Source of the DNA: Candidatus Collierbacteria bacterium RIFOXYD2_FULL_45_13
GTDB lineage: Bacteria > Patescibacteriota > Microgenomatia > UBA1400 > MFAQ01
Assembly: GCA_001774685.1 (NCBI GenBank)
Contig: MFAS01000001.1
Coordinates: 159,557 to 223,556 of the forward strand
Length of the DNA: 64,000 bases
Direction of reading: 5' to 3'
The notes beneath the pieces were generated by a model. The model was not told the origin of the DNA, did no database searches, and saw only the letters and a program-made list of their open reading frames with translations. The position numbers were made by a program, and so were the translations under genes. This document shows positions 1 through 9,659 of the stretch, one piece after another; the stretch's first letter is position 1; each line of letters starts with the position of its first letter.

Positions 1-314
1 CCCGAGTTCTGCTCAAAGAAGACGGTGCTTACCTCATCGGCCTCAATATTCAAAAATACAAGTTTTCCAGCATACCGGAATATGACCCCGCCCGCACCAG
101 AAAGCTTCTCCTTCACAAGAAGGAAATCGTGGCTATTCAAACAAAAATGAGATCAGCCGGGTTGACTTTGGTGCCTCTGAAGCTGTATAATAAGGGTAGT
201 CTCGTGAAGGTGCAAATAGCTCTAGTTCGAGGCAAAAAGAAGTTTGAAAAGCGCGAGTTGATTAAAAAAAGGGTCTCAAACCTGAGCTTAGCGAGACGTT
301 TAAAAAACCAATAG
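1..314 (+). CDS. smpB: SsrA-binding protein SmpB, 5' end outside window
   Basis: In-frame translation from position 1 gives ...LLHKKEIVAIQTKMRSAGLTLVPLKLYNKGSLVKVQIALVRGKKKFEKRELIKK..., the conserved SmpB C-terminal region. The tmRNA gene lies immediately downstream. Confidence 0.8.
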   Translation, partial: RVLLKEDGAYLIGLNIQKYKFSSIPEYDPARTRKLLLHKKEIVAIQTKMRSAGLTLVPLKLYNKGSLVKVQIALVRGKKKFEKRELIKKRVSNLSLARRLKNQ

Positions 315-572
315 ATGAAAGGACAAAAAATGGATCTGTTCTGGACCAAAATTATCCCTGAATGTGTTTCCAAGTATCCTTGGGGTGGTGAATTTACGGC
401 TAAAATGAGCCTAAAAAAGTATCAAGAGGGCATCAAGTCCAAAATTAAGGCTATGGATGAAAACGAATTTGACTTGTTCCTGGCCGCTGTTGTTATGCAA
501 GCGAGCCGTGATCAGATGATGGGCGTTAATTTAACCGAAAAAGTTGGTTTCCTTAGAGGTCTTCGAGCCTAA
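315..572 (+). CDS. hypothetical small protein (85 aa)
   Basis: ORF abuts the smpB stop. No recognisable domain. Confidence 0.3.
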   Translation: MKGQKMDLFWTKIIPECVSKYPWGGEFTAKMSLKKYQEGIKSKIKAMDENEFDLFLAAVVMQASRDQMMGVNLTEKVGFLRGLRA

Positions 573-577
573 TCAAC

Positions 578-623
578 CGTCATTGCGAGTTTCGGTACCC
601 CGAACCGTGGCAATCTCACTCCA
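578..623. repeat. structured dispersed repeat, copy 1 (GTCATTGCGAG - short hairpin - GTGGCAATCTCACTCCA)
   Basis: Both flanks are near-identical to 31991..32033 and similar to 43353..43390. It contains an internal hairpin ttcgg-tacc-ccgaa. Confidence 0.5.
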
Positions 624-672
624 CGCGGTTTAGTTTGCATTTTACGCTCATTCGTGGTATATTATAGGCATT

Positions 673-1085
673 GGGGACGACAGGAATCGATGGAATGGTA
701 CGTTTACAGACGCAAGCCTCCTTTGGTAATAGGAGTCAAACAGACCAAAACACAACTGTCAATAAAGAAGACAAGTTACTTGGTTTCGTGGCTAGTGGAG
801 TCAAATCCCTCGCTAACGAAATCAAATCTTTCACTCCCGTTTACGCTTTTGCCTAAACTGTAGTTTAAAGACGTCTTGAGAGCCGGCGGATCCCGGGCTA
901 CTTTCAGGGCGAAAAAATACCGGATTGAATGCTTCAAGTTTGATTTAGGCTTGAAGACTAACTTTTTCTAAATCGACCATAAAGTGTTCTTGTTTGCCTG
1001 AAGCTTTATGGAAAATCGGCAATCTAAGCTTGTAGACTCTGTAATCAGATTACTCCAGACGAGGGTTCGACTCCCTCCGTCTCCA
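673..1085 (+). ncRNA. ssrA: tmRNA (ssrA)
   Basis: - The 5' end GGGGACGACAGGAATCGATGG matches the tmRNA 5' consensus.
- The 3' end carries a T-arm GAGGGTTCGACTCCCTC followed by CGTCTCC-A, which pairs with the 5' GGGGACG as a 7-bp acceptor stem.
- CCA is not encoded.
- An internal tag frame GCT AAC GAA ... TAA at 812..856 encodes ANEIKSFTPVYAFA*, with the typical A-N-D/E start and hydrophobic A-x-A end.
- The gene lies directly downstream of smpB. Confidence 0.8.
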
Positions 1086-1121
1086 CAAACAAAAAGTCCA
1101 CCCTCGCGGGAGAGTTTTTGG

Positions 1122-2996
1122 TTATTTCAACACCCCCACCGTCCCGTTGATCAGCACCATCAGATTCCCCTGACTATCAAACTCAATATCCGAAGCCTCC
1201 AGCAACTTTCCGGATTTCAATGTCTGGCTGCACACACCCGTTTCTTTACTGCACAGAGCCACCAAGCCGCGACTAACACCCAAAAGGGCAATCTTCGCCC
1301 CATTCTGTTCTACTGCGATCCGATTTATTTTTATCTCAGCCGGAAGACCGCTCAAAGAAAACGACTCTCTTGATCCTCGTCGAAATTTTTCGACTTCTCC
1401 TTTTTCGTAGGCCACCCAAACATCACTGTCAATCGCCATATCTACTGGTTCAAAGCTCATTGACTGATTTTGCTTAAACCATCTGGTCCTGTCACCAAAT
1501 CCATCTCCAGTGGCGGCGTATTTATATATCTCCTTGTTTCCTTGATCAAGTACGTATAAGTTACCCCCAAAACTACCCAGGACCTTTGGTTTTCCCACGG
1601 CCGAATCAAACTTTATCAGATCGACGCCGGTTACCGCGTTTCTAACACCTTCGTTACTTAGCACCATAATTTTATTTCCCTCGCCGGCAACATCCAACCA
1701 ACCCAAACCCTCCCCTTTCCCGGCCACCACTTTTATATCTTTCGTTTTAACCTCTGCCGTTACAATCACCCCCATTGATGTGTCAAGGACGATAAATTGG
1801 CCGTTATTCTGTAAATTCATTCTATTGCCTTTATACCCCTGCCGCACGAGGTTAATTTTTAAGATTTCTTCTATTTGGCTCTCCTTCTCTCCAGAAGCCA
1901 CCGTCCACCCATCGTTGATCATTTTTTCCAAATCAAAAAGTTCTTTGCTATATCGACCTGAAACAAAATGATCCTTACCGGCATCAAAACTCAACCTCAG
2001 ATCCTCAATCAGTTTCTTGGCACCGGTAGGATTAATGGAAACCAAACCCCCGGCTTCCTGTAAACTCTTTTCTATTGGCTCAGAAAAACTCTGCCATCTT
2101 TTCTGCTGAGCAGTTTGTTTCATCTTTATCGAACCGGAAACCAAACTTATCAACAATAGAATCAAAAACAAAACTCCCAAAAGCATCGACCACTTTTTCC
2201 TTTTTGGAGAAAGTCCTCTGTCTACCAACTCCCTACGTTCAACCGGTCGGAATTTCATCCACTGGTTGATCAGCTTCTCTTTCAAACCTATCGGACCAAC
2301 CAATTTATCTTCAGCCAAGTCCAAAACAGGCTTCCTCTCGTTCACTTCGGAAATATTGGAATCTTGTTCTACATACTCGCCAACCTCAATAGTATTGAGT
2401 TCCTGTTCCATCAATTCATTGAAGTTCAGAATTAGTCCGGCGGCAGCGTTGTTTTCTTCCACCAGCTCATGGTTCCAGCGCCGGACATCTTCCTCTGTCG
2501 CCACCGACAAGCTTTTAAAAATCTCGTCCTTAGCTACTCCGACAAGCACTATCATTTTGTCTCCACTTATGACACTCCCCTTCACCACCTTATCCGGTGT
2601 CAACCTCCCAGTAAAATCATACTCTTGTTGGTTACGGGTTAACACTACTTTTACCTTTCCCCACCCTGCAACCCTGATCTCCCGCTTTCCGTCAAAATAA
2701 CTAACCCACACCCAAACTCCGTTTAAGTTGGGGAATTTTTTCTCCCACTTTTTTCCAAAGTCTCCCAGATCTCCGCCCAGTTCTAAATTATTGAAATACT
2801 CCTCAACCCAAGCCATCTGTTCGGCATCTCTCTCCGCCCAGTTCTCCATGTTTTCATCGAAAACAGCACCAAAAAGGGCTCCTTTATACGCAAGCTCCTT
2901 ATCGTCAAAGGGAATTCGTGCATAAACTTGAGCCCAGCCATTGGCCCCTTCCTCATTTACAATTCTCCAAAAAGATAATCCTAAGCCGGTATTCAT
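1122..2996 (-). CDS. hypothetical membrane protein (624 aa)
   Basis: Long ORF with a single central TM helix (WSMLLGVLFLILLLISLVSG). The C-terminal half has repeated beta-strand-like GxG/DxG segments, propeller-like. No confident family assignment. Confidence 0.5.
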   Translation of the reverse strand: MNTGLGLSFWRIVNEEGANGWAQVYARIPFDDKELAYKGALFGAVFDENMENWAERDAEQMAWVEEYFNNLELGGDLGDFGKKWEKKFPNLNGVWVWVSYFDGKREIRVAGWGKVKVVLTRNQQEYDFTGRLTPDKVVKGSVISGDKMIVLVGVAKDEIFKSLSVATEEDVRRWNHELVEENNAAAGLILNFNELMEQELNTIEVGEYVEQDSNISEVNERKPVLDLAEDKLVGPIGLKEKLINQWMKFRPVERRELVDRGLSPKRKKWSMLLGVLFLILLLISLVSGSIKMKQTAQQKRWQSFSEPIEKSLQEAGGLVSINPTGAKKLIEDLRLSFDAGKDHFVSGRYSKELFDLEKMINDGWTVASGEKESQIEEILKINLVRQGYKGNRMNLQNNGQFIVLDTSMGVIVTAEVKTKDIKVVAGKGEGLGWLDVAGEGNKIMVLSNEGVRNAVTGVDLIKFDSAVGKPKVLGSFGGNLYVLDQGNKEIYKYAATGDGFGDRTRWFKQNQSMSFEPVDMAIDSDVWVAYEKGEVEKFRRGSRESFSLSGLPAEIKINRIAVEQNGAKIALLGVSRGLVALCSKETGVCSQTLKSGKLLEASDIEFDSQGNLMVLINGTVGVLK

Positions 2997-3017
2997 TGTT
3001 GGGCAGGTGTTCCTTTC

Positions 3018-3239
3018 CTAAGCTAATAGTACAATAACAGTCACAAAAAGCGAAAACAAAAAGTATCCCCAAGTCAAAACCTTGAGACTTTTCCCGATTG
3101 GTAGATTGACCACTTTGTCCATCAAACTTTCCTGTCTGACCATAATCAGAGAAAGAATCAAAAAGAGAATCATTGATACCTTTACCATTAGCCCTACAAT
3201 CATACTCAGACTAATGGTTACTCCTGGTATTATCTCCAT
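3018..3239 (-). CDS. small hydrophobic protein (73 aa, 2 predicted TM)
   Basis: Hydrophobic ORF overlapping the stop of the upstream minus-strand gene by 10 nt, an operon-like arrangement. Confidence 0.3.
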   Translation of the reverse strand: MEIIPGVTISLSMIVGLMVKVSMILFLILSLIMVRQESLMDKVVNLPIGKSLKVLTWGYFLFSLFVTVIVLLA

Positions 3240-3877
3240 GGTTTCTCAGCTTCTTCTGTTAATTGTGAAATTACCGATGCCACTTTGTCTGGGAAGGCCA
3301 CTGCTTCGAAAGTGAAGGCAGAGGTTTCTGTGTGAGTATCTGGAGTTCTCTGCTCGGATGCCGTCTGAACAATCACATCTCCATAGTTAAAAAAACTAGC
3401 CAGGATTCCCTTCTGTGTATAGTTGACGTCTTGGATCATTGAAATCTGCGCTACATTTACCGTCTTACTCAACAGTCCAATAAAGTCTACGTCCACCAAC
3501 CTCTCGTTGGTAATAATGTAGACATTGTAAAACCAGGTCAAAAAACTTTGCATGCCGAAGAATATCAGCCCCATGTACCACAACATCGTAATGCTAACCA
3601 GGGTGTTGCCGTCCAGTGCCTTTAGAAAAGGGAACTCCCCCCATACAAAGGGAATTACAAAAGCAAAGCACAGCATGGCTATCCATCCTAAATTGGTGAC
3701 AAGGTGCCTTCTTCCCAAGAGCAGAACGGTTTCGTCGTCTTGCTGAGATTCAAATCTAAACCTGTGGGGGCGGGGTATACAAGATCCAAAGGAGCTCCCT
3801 GAAAAACTCTCACCCAACAGTTTCTTTATCTCCGCTGATTCTCCTTTGACACTTCCCGCTTTAAAAACTTCCGGCAT
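3230..3877 (-). CDS. membrane protein with bacterial PH domain (bPH_2/DUF304, YdbS/YdbT-like)
   Basis: RRHLVTNLGWIAMLCFAFVIPFVWG ... ITNERLVDVDFIGLLSKTVNVAQISMIQDV...NYGDVIVQT is the classic two-TM plus PH-like signature. The longest ORF reaches 4030, but that start overlaps the SpoIID gene. The internal Met at 3877 is proposed as the start. Confidence 0.55.
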   Translation of the reverse strand: MPEVFKAGSVKGESAEIKKLLGESFSGSSFGSCIPRPHRFRFESQQDDETVLLLGRRHLVTNLGWIAMLCFAFVIPFVWGEFPFLKALDGNTLVSITMLWYMGLIFFGMQSFLTWFYNVYIITNERLVDVDFIGLLSKTVNVAQISMIQDVNYTQKGILASFFNYGDVIVQTASEQRTPDTHTETSAFTFEAVAFPDKVASVISQLTEEAEKPWR

Positions 3878-3902
3878 ACCTAATTGTACCAAACCAATCT
3901 CC

Positions 3903-5645
3903 CTACTTCTTTTCAATATTAAACAACCCGCTCTTGAGAGAAATCCATCCCGGAGCCCGGATATTGAAGACTTTCTTAAACTCCGAACCGGACATCTCCA
4001 CAGCACCTTTATTGGTCTCAAAATGAACATTGGCTGTGTAACCTCCGTCTGAATATGTCACACTCACTCCACTTACACTACTATAACCACCACCTACACT
4101 TTCAGCCTTACTCCTCAAGTCGCTCATGCTGTACGGATTGTCTCCACCACAACCACCCAAGGGTAAGACTCTCGAGTCTGAACCGTTTTTCAAAACTTTC
4201 CAAGCGTTCAATAAATCTGCCATTTCTTCTGAAGTTAACCAGGGGTGGCTTCTGCCGCAACTGGCTCCACTACTGCCTTTGTACCAAGCTTTGTAAAACC
4301 AAGGGCTACCGGCAATTTTTTCATAAGCCTGTGACGTCCAACCCGACCTTCCATTTGAAGTATCCCAAAAGGCGGATGTGGTATATCCGGCATAGCTATC
4401 GGTATACGACTCTTGATATCCACCGGAAGTCGACGCATACCAAGATTTGAATGGTTTTCCGTTGGCCATCATTACCCATCCCTTAGTCGCATTCACCGCC
4501 TCCTCCCACTTTCCACCCTTATTCGCATTCTTGTAAACTTGACATGCCTGAGTCGTACAAATCGCTCCTCCGTTTCCTTGATCGGTCCAAGCCAGAGCGT
4601 AAGATCTAGCCGCCACCGCTTGGGCCTTCAAGGCCTCCATTCCGCCACTATCCCCCCAACCACCTGGCATCTCGTAAATTCTTTTTACATATGTTTCAAT
4701 ATCCATCCGACCATATCCTTGGACGCTGATTTGTTTACCGGCATCATAATCCTTTTTTATCTCTACGCCTCCATAATAAGCATGTAATATTTCCTCGGCG
4801 TTTTGACCAGACTTGGCCCGCCCATAAGCTCCGTACTGGCTCATTCCCTTGAAGTGTGGCGCTCCGAAGGAAAACGCCGCGAAGGCAGGAGAGAAGCCAG
4901 GATTATAATCCGGCCGCGAAGCCGGATCATCTGCCAACGGTACATCTCCCACTGTAGTAGAAAAAGTTCCTTGTTTCTCGGCCAAGATCGCCGCCTGCTT
5001 GGCCGATAGTGCCGCAATCTTTCCCGACAAATCACTCTGAAAGGCTTTGGCCTTTTTTACCTCGGCTTGAAAAAAAAGGTTTTGTTTGTCCAGCTCCGCC
5101 TGCAGTTTACTAAGCTGTTCCTTTTGTTTTTCCAGAGTTTTTTTATCTTCTTCCAGTTGGCCAATTTCTTGAACCAAGCTCACAATTACTTGCCTGTCTT
5201 TATCATTACTCTCTTGTCTGTAAGCCAGTTCCCTCCTAGTTTGTCCCATGCTCGTGCTGGAAAGCAAACTCACCCACAACGGTTCGGATCGCAGTCGGAT
5301 ATACATTCCTCTTATCTTCACCGCCAATACCATGTATTGCGTCGACACTTTTTCACTTCTGTCTTTAATTCCAATTTCGGTCGTTTTTAGTTTGGCCAGA
5401 GCCGTGTTGATCCCTTTTTGTAAGGCTGCTATCCTGGATCCCAGTTTTTTGACCTCCGTTTCCAAAGGCGCGGTCGCCGCCAGTGACATATCTAGTTCTT
5501 TTTGCGATTCATTTTTACAAATCTCCAGCTGATCAATCGCCAAATTGTTGATATTCCCCTCCGAACAATCAATCGCCTCAGCCGAGTTAATGCCAGCAAA
5601 AAGGCCCACCCCTAATACCACCACTAATAAATACCGCCACTTCAT
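3903..5645 (-). CDS. SpoIID/LytB-domain protein with N-terminal signal peptide and coiled-coil region
   Basis: Signal peptide MKWRYLLVVVLGVGLFAGINSAEA. The SpoIID/LytB motif is HFKGMSQYGAYGRAKSGQNAEEILHAYYGGVEI, and ASTSGGYQESYTDSYAGYT is also present. Confidence 0.75.
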   Translation of the reverse strand: MKWRYLLVVVLGVGLFAGINSAEAIDCSEGNINNLAIDQLEICKNESQKELDMSLAATAPLETEVKKLGSRIAALQKGINTALAKLKTTEIGIKDRSEKVSTQYMVLAVKIRGMYIRLRSEPLWVSLLSSTSMGQTRRELAYRQESNDKDRQVIVSLVQEIGQLEEDKKTLEKQKEQLSKLQAELDKQNLFFQAEVKKAKAFQSDLSGKIAALSAKQAAILAEKQGTFSTTVGDVPLADDPASRPDYNPGFSPAFAAFSFGAPHFKGMSQYGAYGRAKSGQNAEEILHAYYGGVEIKKDYDAGKQISVQGYGRMDIETYVKRIYEMPGGWGDSGGMEALKAQAVAARSYALAWTDQGNGGAICTTQACQVYKNANKGGKWEEAVNATKGWVMMANGKPFKSWYASTSGGYQESYTDSYAGYTTSAFWDTSNGRSGWTSQAYEKIAGSPWFYKAWYKGSSGASCGRSHPWLTSEEMADLLNAWKVLKNGSDSRVLPLGGCGGDNPYSMSDLRSKAESVGGGYSSVSGVSVTYSDGGYTANVHFETNKGAVEMSGSEFKKVFNIRAPGWISLKSGLFNIEKK

Positions 5646-5680
5646 TACATCTAGTTTATATCAAGCTCTTACCATCATCC

Positions 5681-6115
5681 ATGATAAAATTACAGTGCAT
5701 GAAATACCTCTTTCGACTTCTCGCCATTACTTTATTGTTTCTAGCTCTACTCTCTCCAACTACCGCAAATGCCACATCTGTGGGACCAATCAATTTTGCC
5801 TCCCCTCAAGGATCGTGCGGACAAGACTCCGTGGAAACAGCTCTGGGGTGTATCTCCACATTAGCCGATGCCGGACCAAACTCCTTCTTTGCTTCAATAA
5901 TTAAAATTGCAGTCGGCTTAGGTGGCGGACTCGCCCTGATTCTTATGCTTTACGGAGTCTTCATTGTTACCACCTCGGCTGGCATACCCGACAAGCTCAA
6001 AGAGGGTCAAGAAGTGATTACCTCAGCAATTTCCGGTCTCATCTTCATCATCCTCTCTGTTTTTCTACTAAACTTTATTGGTATCAATATTCTTAGTCTC
6101 CCTGGTTTACAATAA
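5681..6115 (+). CDS. T4SS pilin-like protein (VirB2/TrbC-like, two-TM hairpin)
   Basis: Signal-like N-terminus, then two hydrophobic helices separated by a short polar loop (GIPDKLKEGQEVITSAISGL). The size and topology match the paralogs at 8601..11236. Confidence 0.55.
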   Translation: MIKLQCMKYLFRLLAITLLFLALLSPTTANATSVGPINFASPQGSCGQDSVETALGCISTLADAGPNSFFASIIKIAVGLGGGLALILMLYGVFIVTTSAGIPDKLKEGQEVITSAISGLIFIILSVFLLNFIGINILSLPGLQ

Positions 6116-6119
6116 AATC

Positions 6120-6479
6120 ATGTTCTTCATAAAATCAGCCTACGCCGTAAATATTGGTCAAACCACATTATCAGGTTCTGGAGCTGATATTTCCAAACTT
6201 TACAATCCCGCCGAATCCAAAATCAAGATTGGTTCAGCCTTAAACAGTCTTTTCTCCAAAGACCTCATTAATTTGGTTTTTGTCATCGCCGGACTTCTCT
6301 TTTTTGCCAGTCTTGTCATGGCCGGTTGGGACTATATGATGAGTTCCGGTGACCCCAAAAAGGTAGCAGGGGCATCCACCAGATTTATCAACAGCTTGCT
6401 GGGTATCATTATGTCCCTCGTTGCCTACCTTGTAGTCCGGATAGTTCTGTCATTCTTGGGTCTTGGCAATCTCATTTAA
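6120..6479 (+). CDS. T4SS pilin-like protein (VirB2/TrbC-like)
   Basis: TM1 - loop AGWDYMMSSGDPKKVAGAS - TM2. The loop motif is shared with the 10880 ORF (AGSDPKAVASAW). The start is taken as the ATG at 6120, just after the upstream stop. Confidence 0.5.
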   Translation: MFFIKSAYAVNIGQTTLSGSGADISKLYNPAESKIKIGSALNSLFSKDLINLVFVIAGLLFFASLVMAGWDYMMSSGDPKKVAGASTRFINSLLGIIMSLVAYLVVRIVLSFLGLGNLI

Positions 6480-6505
6480 CCTGTTTTGGTATAATTTACA
6501 CCTGC

Positions 6506-7216
6506 ATGGCCACCCTACCAAAACACATTGCAATTATGATGGACGGTAATCGCCGCTGGGCACGTACCAAGGGCTTAGACCCTGTAAAAGGTCACGAATA
6601 CGCCGCCAATCACACTATAGAACCGCTGATTGAAAAATGTGCTGATCTGGGCATACCTTATGTCACCTTTTGGGCCTTTTCAACCGAAAACTGGAAACGG
6701 GAGGAAAAAGAGGTCCAAGGCATCCTAGAGATATTCCGACTTGCCTTTGGAGCCCTTGCCCTTCGCTTTATCAGCAAAGGAGCCAAATTGCATATTCTTG
6801 GAGATATGAGTCGATTTCCAAAGGATATCGTCAACAAATCACTTGAGATGATTGCGAAGTCTTCAAAAAATAACAAGATCACGGTCTCCTTTGCCCTCAA
6901 CTATGGAGGTCGTGACGAGATTGTCCGGGCCGTTAAAAAAATAGTTGCTGAAAAAATTCCCGTTAACCAAATCAATGAAGAAGCTGTCTCGACCCACCTC
7001 GATACTGCTGGTATGCCCGATCCGGATCTTGTCATCCGCACCGGCGGAGAACGACGTACCTCAGGCTATCTCCCCTGGCAATCTGTTTACTCCGAACTAT
7101 ATTTCACTCCCATTCTATTTCCCGACTTCACTCCCGACCAACTCATGGAAGCTATTAACGACTTCTCCCAAAGAGATCGCCGATTCGGCGGGAATTCCAC
7201 CCCAAAGACGAAATAA
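6506..7216 (+). CDS. uppS: undecaprenyl-diphosphate synthase (isoprenyl transferase)
   Basis: HIAIMMDGNRRWARTKGL ... NYGGRDEIV ... RTGGERRTSGYLPWQSVYSELYF are canonical UppS motifs. An extended -10 TGGTATAAT lies 10 nt upstream of the ATG. Confidence 0.9.
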   Translation: MATLPKHIAIMMDGNRRWARTKGLDPVKGHEYAANHTIEPLIEKCADLGIPYVTFWAFSTENWKREEKEVQGILEIFRLAFGALALRFISKGAKLHILGDMSRFPKDIVNKSLEMIAKSSKNNKITVSFALNYGGRDEIVRAVKKIVAEKIPVNQINEEAVSTHLDTAGMPDPDLVIRTGGERRTSGYLPWQSVYSELYFTPILFPDFTPDQLMEAINDFSQRDRRFGGNSTPKTK

Positions 7217-7417
7217 GATTTCATCGATAGCTTCCTGAGCAAAACCTTTCTTTTCAAATCTTTCACGGATCTGATAATAATCTCCAACCAATGGAATAGA
7301 CCCCCCAGGATATTTAAATACCGTCATGTCTGAGTCTTTTAATGTTTTTTCTTCTCCGTCGAATCTCATCCTTGTCGGTTGTTCACGCCAGTGTCTTGGT
7401 ACTTCCATAAAATTCAT
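7115..7417 (-). CDS. hypothetical small protein (100 aa); 3' end overlaps uppS
   Basis: ORF in the convergent gap between uppS and the polyprenyl synthase gene. No domain recognised. It may be shorter or spurious. Confidence 0.2.
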   Translation of the reverse strand: MNFMEVPRHWREQPTRMRFDGEEKTLKDSDMTVFKYPGGSIPLVGDYYQIRERFEKKGFAQEAIDEILFRLWGGIPAESAISLGEVVNSFHELVGSEVGK

Positions 7418-7462
7418 CCTAAAACACCATTTCTCTCAAACACTCTCACAATTTGTCACCAC

Positions 7463-8611
7463 CTATACCTCCCTCTCCACCATATACCTCGCAATCCCCT
7501 CGAGGTAATCGATCGCTTCTTCATTTAACCCCTTACCTCTCAAAGAAGCCGCCGTATCCGCGGCTTTGGCCGCATATTTTCTGGCTACATTTACGGAATA
7601 GGTATGTGCCCCGCTTTCTCTGATCGCCAGTTTTGCCGCCTCTATATCGCCATCCTCCGCCATGAGTTTTCCCCAAACTTTTAACAAGGCCTCCTTTTGG
7701 TTTTCTGTTCCCATCTCCATAACTTTCACAACGAGGAGTGTCACTTTGCCTTGCAATAGATCCGAGTTGGCGGATTTTCCGATTTTTTCTTCGTTGCCAT
7801 AGACACCTAGTACATCATCCTGCAGTTGAAAGGCTATCCCGCCGTCCACCGAATACTTACTTAGTATTTCTAAGATATCTTCCGGCAAACCAGCCAGCAA
7901 ACCGCCAACCATCAAGGGGTTTTCGTATGTATAGATTGCTGTTTTGGCTCTATGCAAGCTCATCACCTTTTCTTCCGTTATCTCTCCTATTTTTGACAAA
8001 CTCACATCGTACGCTTGTCCAAAGGCCGTATTGGTAATTCCTCTCAACACTTGTTTCATTATTCTTTGAATCTTTTCTCTGTCGGAACTACACTCTAACA
8101 ATCTTTCAAATCCTAAGCACAAAATAGCATCCCCGACATTCACGGCCATCGTGTCTCCATAATGAGCATCTCCTTCGCCAAAAAACTCTTGGGTTGTGGG
8201 TCTCCCCCTCCTTATTTTGTCTCCATCCATAAAGTCATCGTGCATTAAAAGAGCCGTGTGCACCAGCTCCACCGCTTCCGCCGCTCTCCACACCCCCTCC
8301 ATATTTTCGAATTTTTGATTTTTTGATTTTTTGAGTTTTTTCCCCAGCCGATATCCATAAATCACAAAGGCTGACCTTGCCCTTTTTGCCGATCTCAAGT
8401 TGTGTTCCTTGCTGTGACACAATATTTTGTGTACCAGTTTCTTCTGTGTCGGATTAAAACCAAAATTTTTCTCAATTTCCTCATCCCAATATTTATTCAA
8501 TCTCAAATCCATTTCTTTAGCCAATTCCATCAACCTTGCTTTCGCCCACTCTCCTAGCTTGTTTGTTACCATGTGTCCAATTTTACTGTAAAATATTCGT
8601 ATGGTTATCAA
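7463..8611 (-). CDS. polyprenyl (farnesyl/geranylgeranyl) diphosphate synthase
   Basis: First Asp-rich motif LLMHDDFMDGDKIRRGRPT and second motif FQLQDDVLGV. The N-terminal region contains a KKLKKSKNQKF stretch encoded by the TTTTTGA repeat. Confidence 0.85.
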   Translation of the reverse strand: MITIRIFYSKIGHMVTNKLGEWAKARLMELAKEMDLRLNKYWDEEIEKNFGFNPTQKKLVHKILCHSKEHNLRSAKRARSAFVIYGYRLGKKLKKSKNQKFENMEGVWRAAEAVELVHTALLMHDDFMDGDKIRRGRPTTQEFFGEGDAHYGDTMAVNVGDAILCLGFERLLECSSDREKIQRIMKQVLRGITNTAFGQAYDVSLSKIGEITEEKVMSLHRAKTAIYTYENPLMVGGLLAGLPEDILEILSKYSVDGGIAFQLQDDVLGVYGNEEKIGKSANSDLLQGKVTLLVVKVMEMGTENQKEALLKVWGKLMAEDGDIEAAKLAIRESGAHTYSVNVARKYAAKAADTAASLRGKGLNEEAIDYLEGIARYMVEREV

Positions 8612-8921
8612 AACCTCTCTTGCCGCAGAATCACTGGAGAACCTCTATGCTCCAGCCAAAGCCTTGAGCGGGGGTAGTGGGGCCACTCTCGCCAAACTCA
8701 TCAATCCTCTGATATACAACGTACTTATTATCTCCGGCCTGATTGCCTTTATTGTCATCATCATCGCTGGCTTCAACTATGTTTCGGCAGGTGGTGACAA
8801 GGGCAAAATTGAACAAGCACAAAACATGCTAAACTATTCAATAATAGGCCTGATATTAGTCGTCCTCGCCTTTTTAATTACTCGGGTCATTGGAGCGATC
8901 TTCGGCTTTAAATTCTTTTAA
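8601..8921 (+). CDS. T4SS pilin-like protein (VirB2/TrbC-like), paralog
   Basis: TM1 (LIISGLIAFIVIIIAGFNYV) - loop SAGGDKGKIEQAQN - TM2. The GGDK loop motif is shared by the tandem paralogs. Confidence 0.6.
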   Translation: MVIKTSLAAESLENLYAPAKALSGGSGATLAKLINPLIYNVLIISGLIAFIVIIIAGFNYVSAGGDKGKIEQAQNMLNYSIIGLILVVLAFLITRVIGAIFGFKFF

Positions 8922-8926
8922 CAAAA

Positions 8927-9286
8927 ATGAACATCCTCAACCAACTTATCAATAGTGCTTATGCCACCGATGTCATTGGCACCATTGATTTACCCGCCGG
9001 AATCCCCAAAGAAACCAGCCAGACCACCGACATTATCTCGGCCCTTATTCGTTTTATCGTTGTTGTGGGCGGAGTTTTTGCCCTTTGGCAATTACTGTCC
9101 GGGGGTTTTCAATTTATCAGCTCCGGCGGAGACAAAGGTAAGTTGGCCGAAGCTCAAAATAAAATTACCATGAGTCTGGTCGGCCTAGTCATCATCGCCG
9201 CCAGTTTCATCATCATCGCCATTATCAGCAAGGTTCTTTTTGATGATTTCGGAGCCATCCTCGCCCCCAAATTACAATCCATCTGA
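8927..9286 (+). CDS. T4SS pilin-like protein, paralog
   Basis: Loop FISSGGDKGKLAEAQNKIT between two TM helices. Confidence 0.6.
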   Translation: MNILNQLINSAYATDVIGTIDLPAGIPKETSQTTDIISALIRFIVVVGGVFALWQLLSGGFQFISSGGDKGKLAEAQNKITMSLVGLVIIAASFIIIAIISKVLFDDFGAILAPKLQSI

Positions 9287-9287
9287 T

Positions 9288-9653
9288 ATGAACAGATTCA
9301 TCCCTACCATACACGCCGCCGACATACCTCTTGGATCAGAAGTCGGTGGAGTAGGCCCTTTTCAAACAGCCATCAGTGGAGGAGTACAGGCCGGACTTGG
9401 TAATTTGCTCTCTAATCTTATTACCACCATGACCGTCATCGGAGGTCTAGCCTTTGTTGTCTATTTCTCGCTTGGAGCGCTCGAATGGATTACCGCCGGT
9501 GGAGACAAAACGAAAGTCTCCGGTGCCCAAACCCAGATGACTCAGGCCGCCATCGGCTTGATCGCCATTGTCGCCTCCTACTTTATTATCGGTATCGTCG
9601 GAGCTGTACTCGGTTTTGATATTCTCAATCCGTTTGCCGCACTAAAACTCTAA
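9288..9653 (+). CDS. T4SS pilin-like protein, paralog
   Basis: Loop WITAGGDKTKVSGAQTQMT between two TM helices. The start is taken as the ATG at 9288, right after the upstream TGA. Confidence 0.6.
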   Translation: MNRFIPTIHAADIPLGSEVGGVGPFQTAISGGVQAGLGNLLSNLITTMTVIGGLAFVVYFSLGALEWITAGGDKTKVSGAQTQMTQAAIGLIAIVASYFIIGIVGAVLGFDILNPFAALKL

Positions 9654-9659
9654 ATATTT

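Noticed and set aside
137-373. 78-aa minus-strand ORF antisense to smpB
   Set aside because: It is antisense to a confidently identified gene and has no features.
671-863. Two overlapping plus-strand ORFs (61 and 69 aa) inside the tmRNA gene
   Set aside because: They are read-through artefacts of the tmRNA. Only the short internal tag frame at 812..856 is meaningful, and it is not translated as a conventional gene.
1008-1373. 121-aa plus-strand ORF overlapping the tmRNA 3' end and the minus-strand 624-aa gene
   Set aside because: It spans a structured RNA and lies antisense to a long, well-supported ORF. The composition is Pro/Gln/Arg-rich, typical of out-of-frame translation.
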